DNA from: Candidatus Fervidifonticultor secundus
GTDB taxonomy: Bacteria > Sysuimicrobiota > Sysuimicrobiia > Sysuimicrobiales > Humicultoraceae
Reading direction: 5' to 3'
Assembly: GCA_031459385.1 (NCBI GenBank)
Contig: JAVKIP010000014.1
Span: 13,717-77,716, forward strand
Length of the DNA stretch: 64,000 bases
The translations under genes and the position numbers were made by a program. Every line of letters starts with the position of its first letter. Position 1 is the first letter of the stretch. Below, one piece after another: positions 63,480-64,000 of this stretch. The notes beneath the pieces are model-generated. The model made no database searches, was not told the origin of the DNA, and was given only the letters and a program-made list of their open reading frames with translations.

Positions 63480-63941
63480 GTGGTGGCGCTGGCGGTGGTG
63501 CTGGTCAGCGCGTGGGCGGCGGTGCGCGTTCTTCCGCGGCCTGCCCACTGGGACCCGGCACACGCGCACGTCGTGGTGGGCGGCACGCTCGAAGAGCGGG
63601 CCCGGGCACTGGCCGCGCACTTGGCAGATCGGCGCAGCCACGTCGCCGTCATTCCCCTGACGTACAACAACGCCGGGCTCCGTGCCGGTGCGCTGCGCCA
63701 CCAGACCGCGACCTGCGACCAGCGTGCGTTCGCCGCTGACCCCGGCGATGCGCGGGTGCTCGTCGTCCGGGCCGACGCCGGCGGCGCGCTGGTCGCCGCG
63801 ATCGAGACCGGTGTCGCAACCGAGACCGACTCTGGGCTTATGCCCTCTGTGCCGGTTGGCCCGCGGCTGGGCCATGCCGTCGAGGTCGTCAGCGCCGGGA
63901 CCTCTCCGCCGGTGCCCGACCCACCTCCCCGGCGTGTCTGA
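63480..63941 (+). CDS. Hypothetical protein with an N-terminal hydrophobic segment
   Basis: VVALAVVLVSAWAAV...; start and integrity uncertain. Confidence 0.4.
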   Translation: MVALAVVLVSAWAAVRVLPRPAHWDPAHAHVVVGGTLEERARALAAHLADRRSHVAVIPLTYNNAGLRAGALRHQTATCDQRAFAADPGDARVLVVRADAGGALVAAIETGVATETDSGLMPSVPVGPRLGHAVEVVSAGTSPPVPDPPPRRV

Positions 63942-63987
63942 ACGCTTCTTTACGCGTCAGCACGCTCAGTGACAGGGAGGTGCGGTT

Positions 63988-64000
63988 ATGCTACAGAAGG
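63988..64000 (+). CDS. Start of a gene running out of the window
   Basis: GGGAGG RBS followed by ATG CTA CAG AAG. Confidence 0.5.

Noticed and set aside
1..64000. Many long alternative-frame and antisense ORFs (e.g. 2207-4243, 9330-11273, 42631-44751, 46714-49056, 51293-53341)
   Set aside because: Arg/Pro/Gly-rich shadow ORFs expected at this GC content; they overlap genes with clear family motifs

Overview
High-GC bacterial chromosomal window with about 60 genes and no rRNA, tRNA, CRISPR array or IS element that I could see. It opens with the end of a V/A-type ATPase operon plus a coupled orphan histidine kinase, a DPS-like protein and a sugar ABC transporter. About 9.2-48.9 kb is a dormancy/low-oxygen-type island: Thermus-like psrABC with an exported rhodanese, SQR-DUF1641-DUF2892, an NreC/NarL-like two-component system, gltA, malic enzyme, fhs, ppdK, deoC, a Pat acetyltransferase, 2 USPs, 4 CBS proteins, 2 YbaK paralogs, a CapA protein, an aeRF1/Balon-like protein and an ArcE-like protein. 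The strongest non-coding signal is an 18-bp palindrome, ATCGGG-N6-CCCGAT, in most intergenic regions of the island. In most cases it lies 21-23 nt from a -10 hexamer (YANNNT), which points to an activator regulon analogous to mycobacterial DosR. One promoter with a half-site at this spacing drives an unannotated ~169-nt RNA with 6S RNA architecture (26048-26216). The right part holds a decaying carbohydrate ABC locus (in-frame TAG, truncated permease), nanE, pxpA and a heterodimeric ABC exporter. All calls come from reading motifs by eye; no database searches were run.
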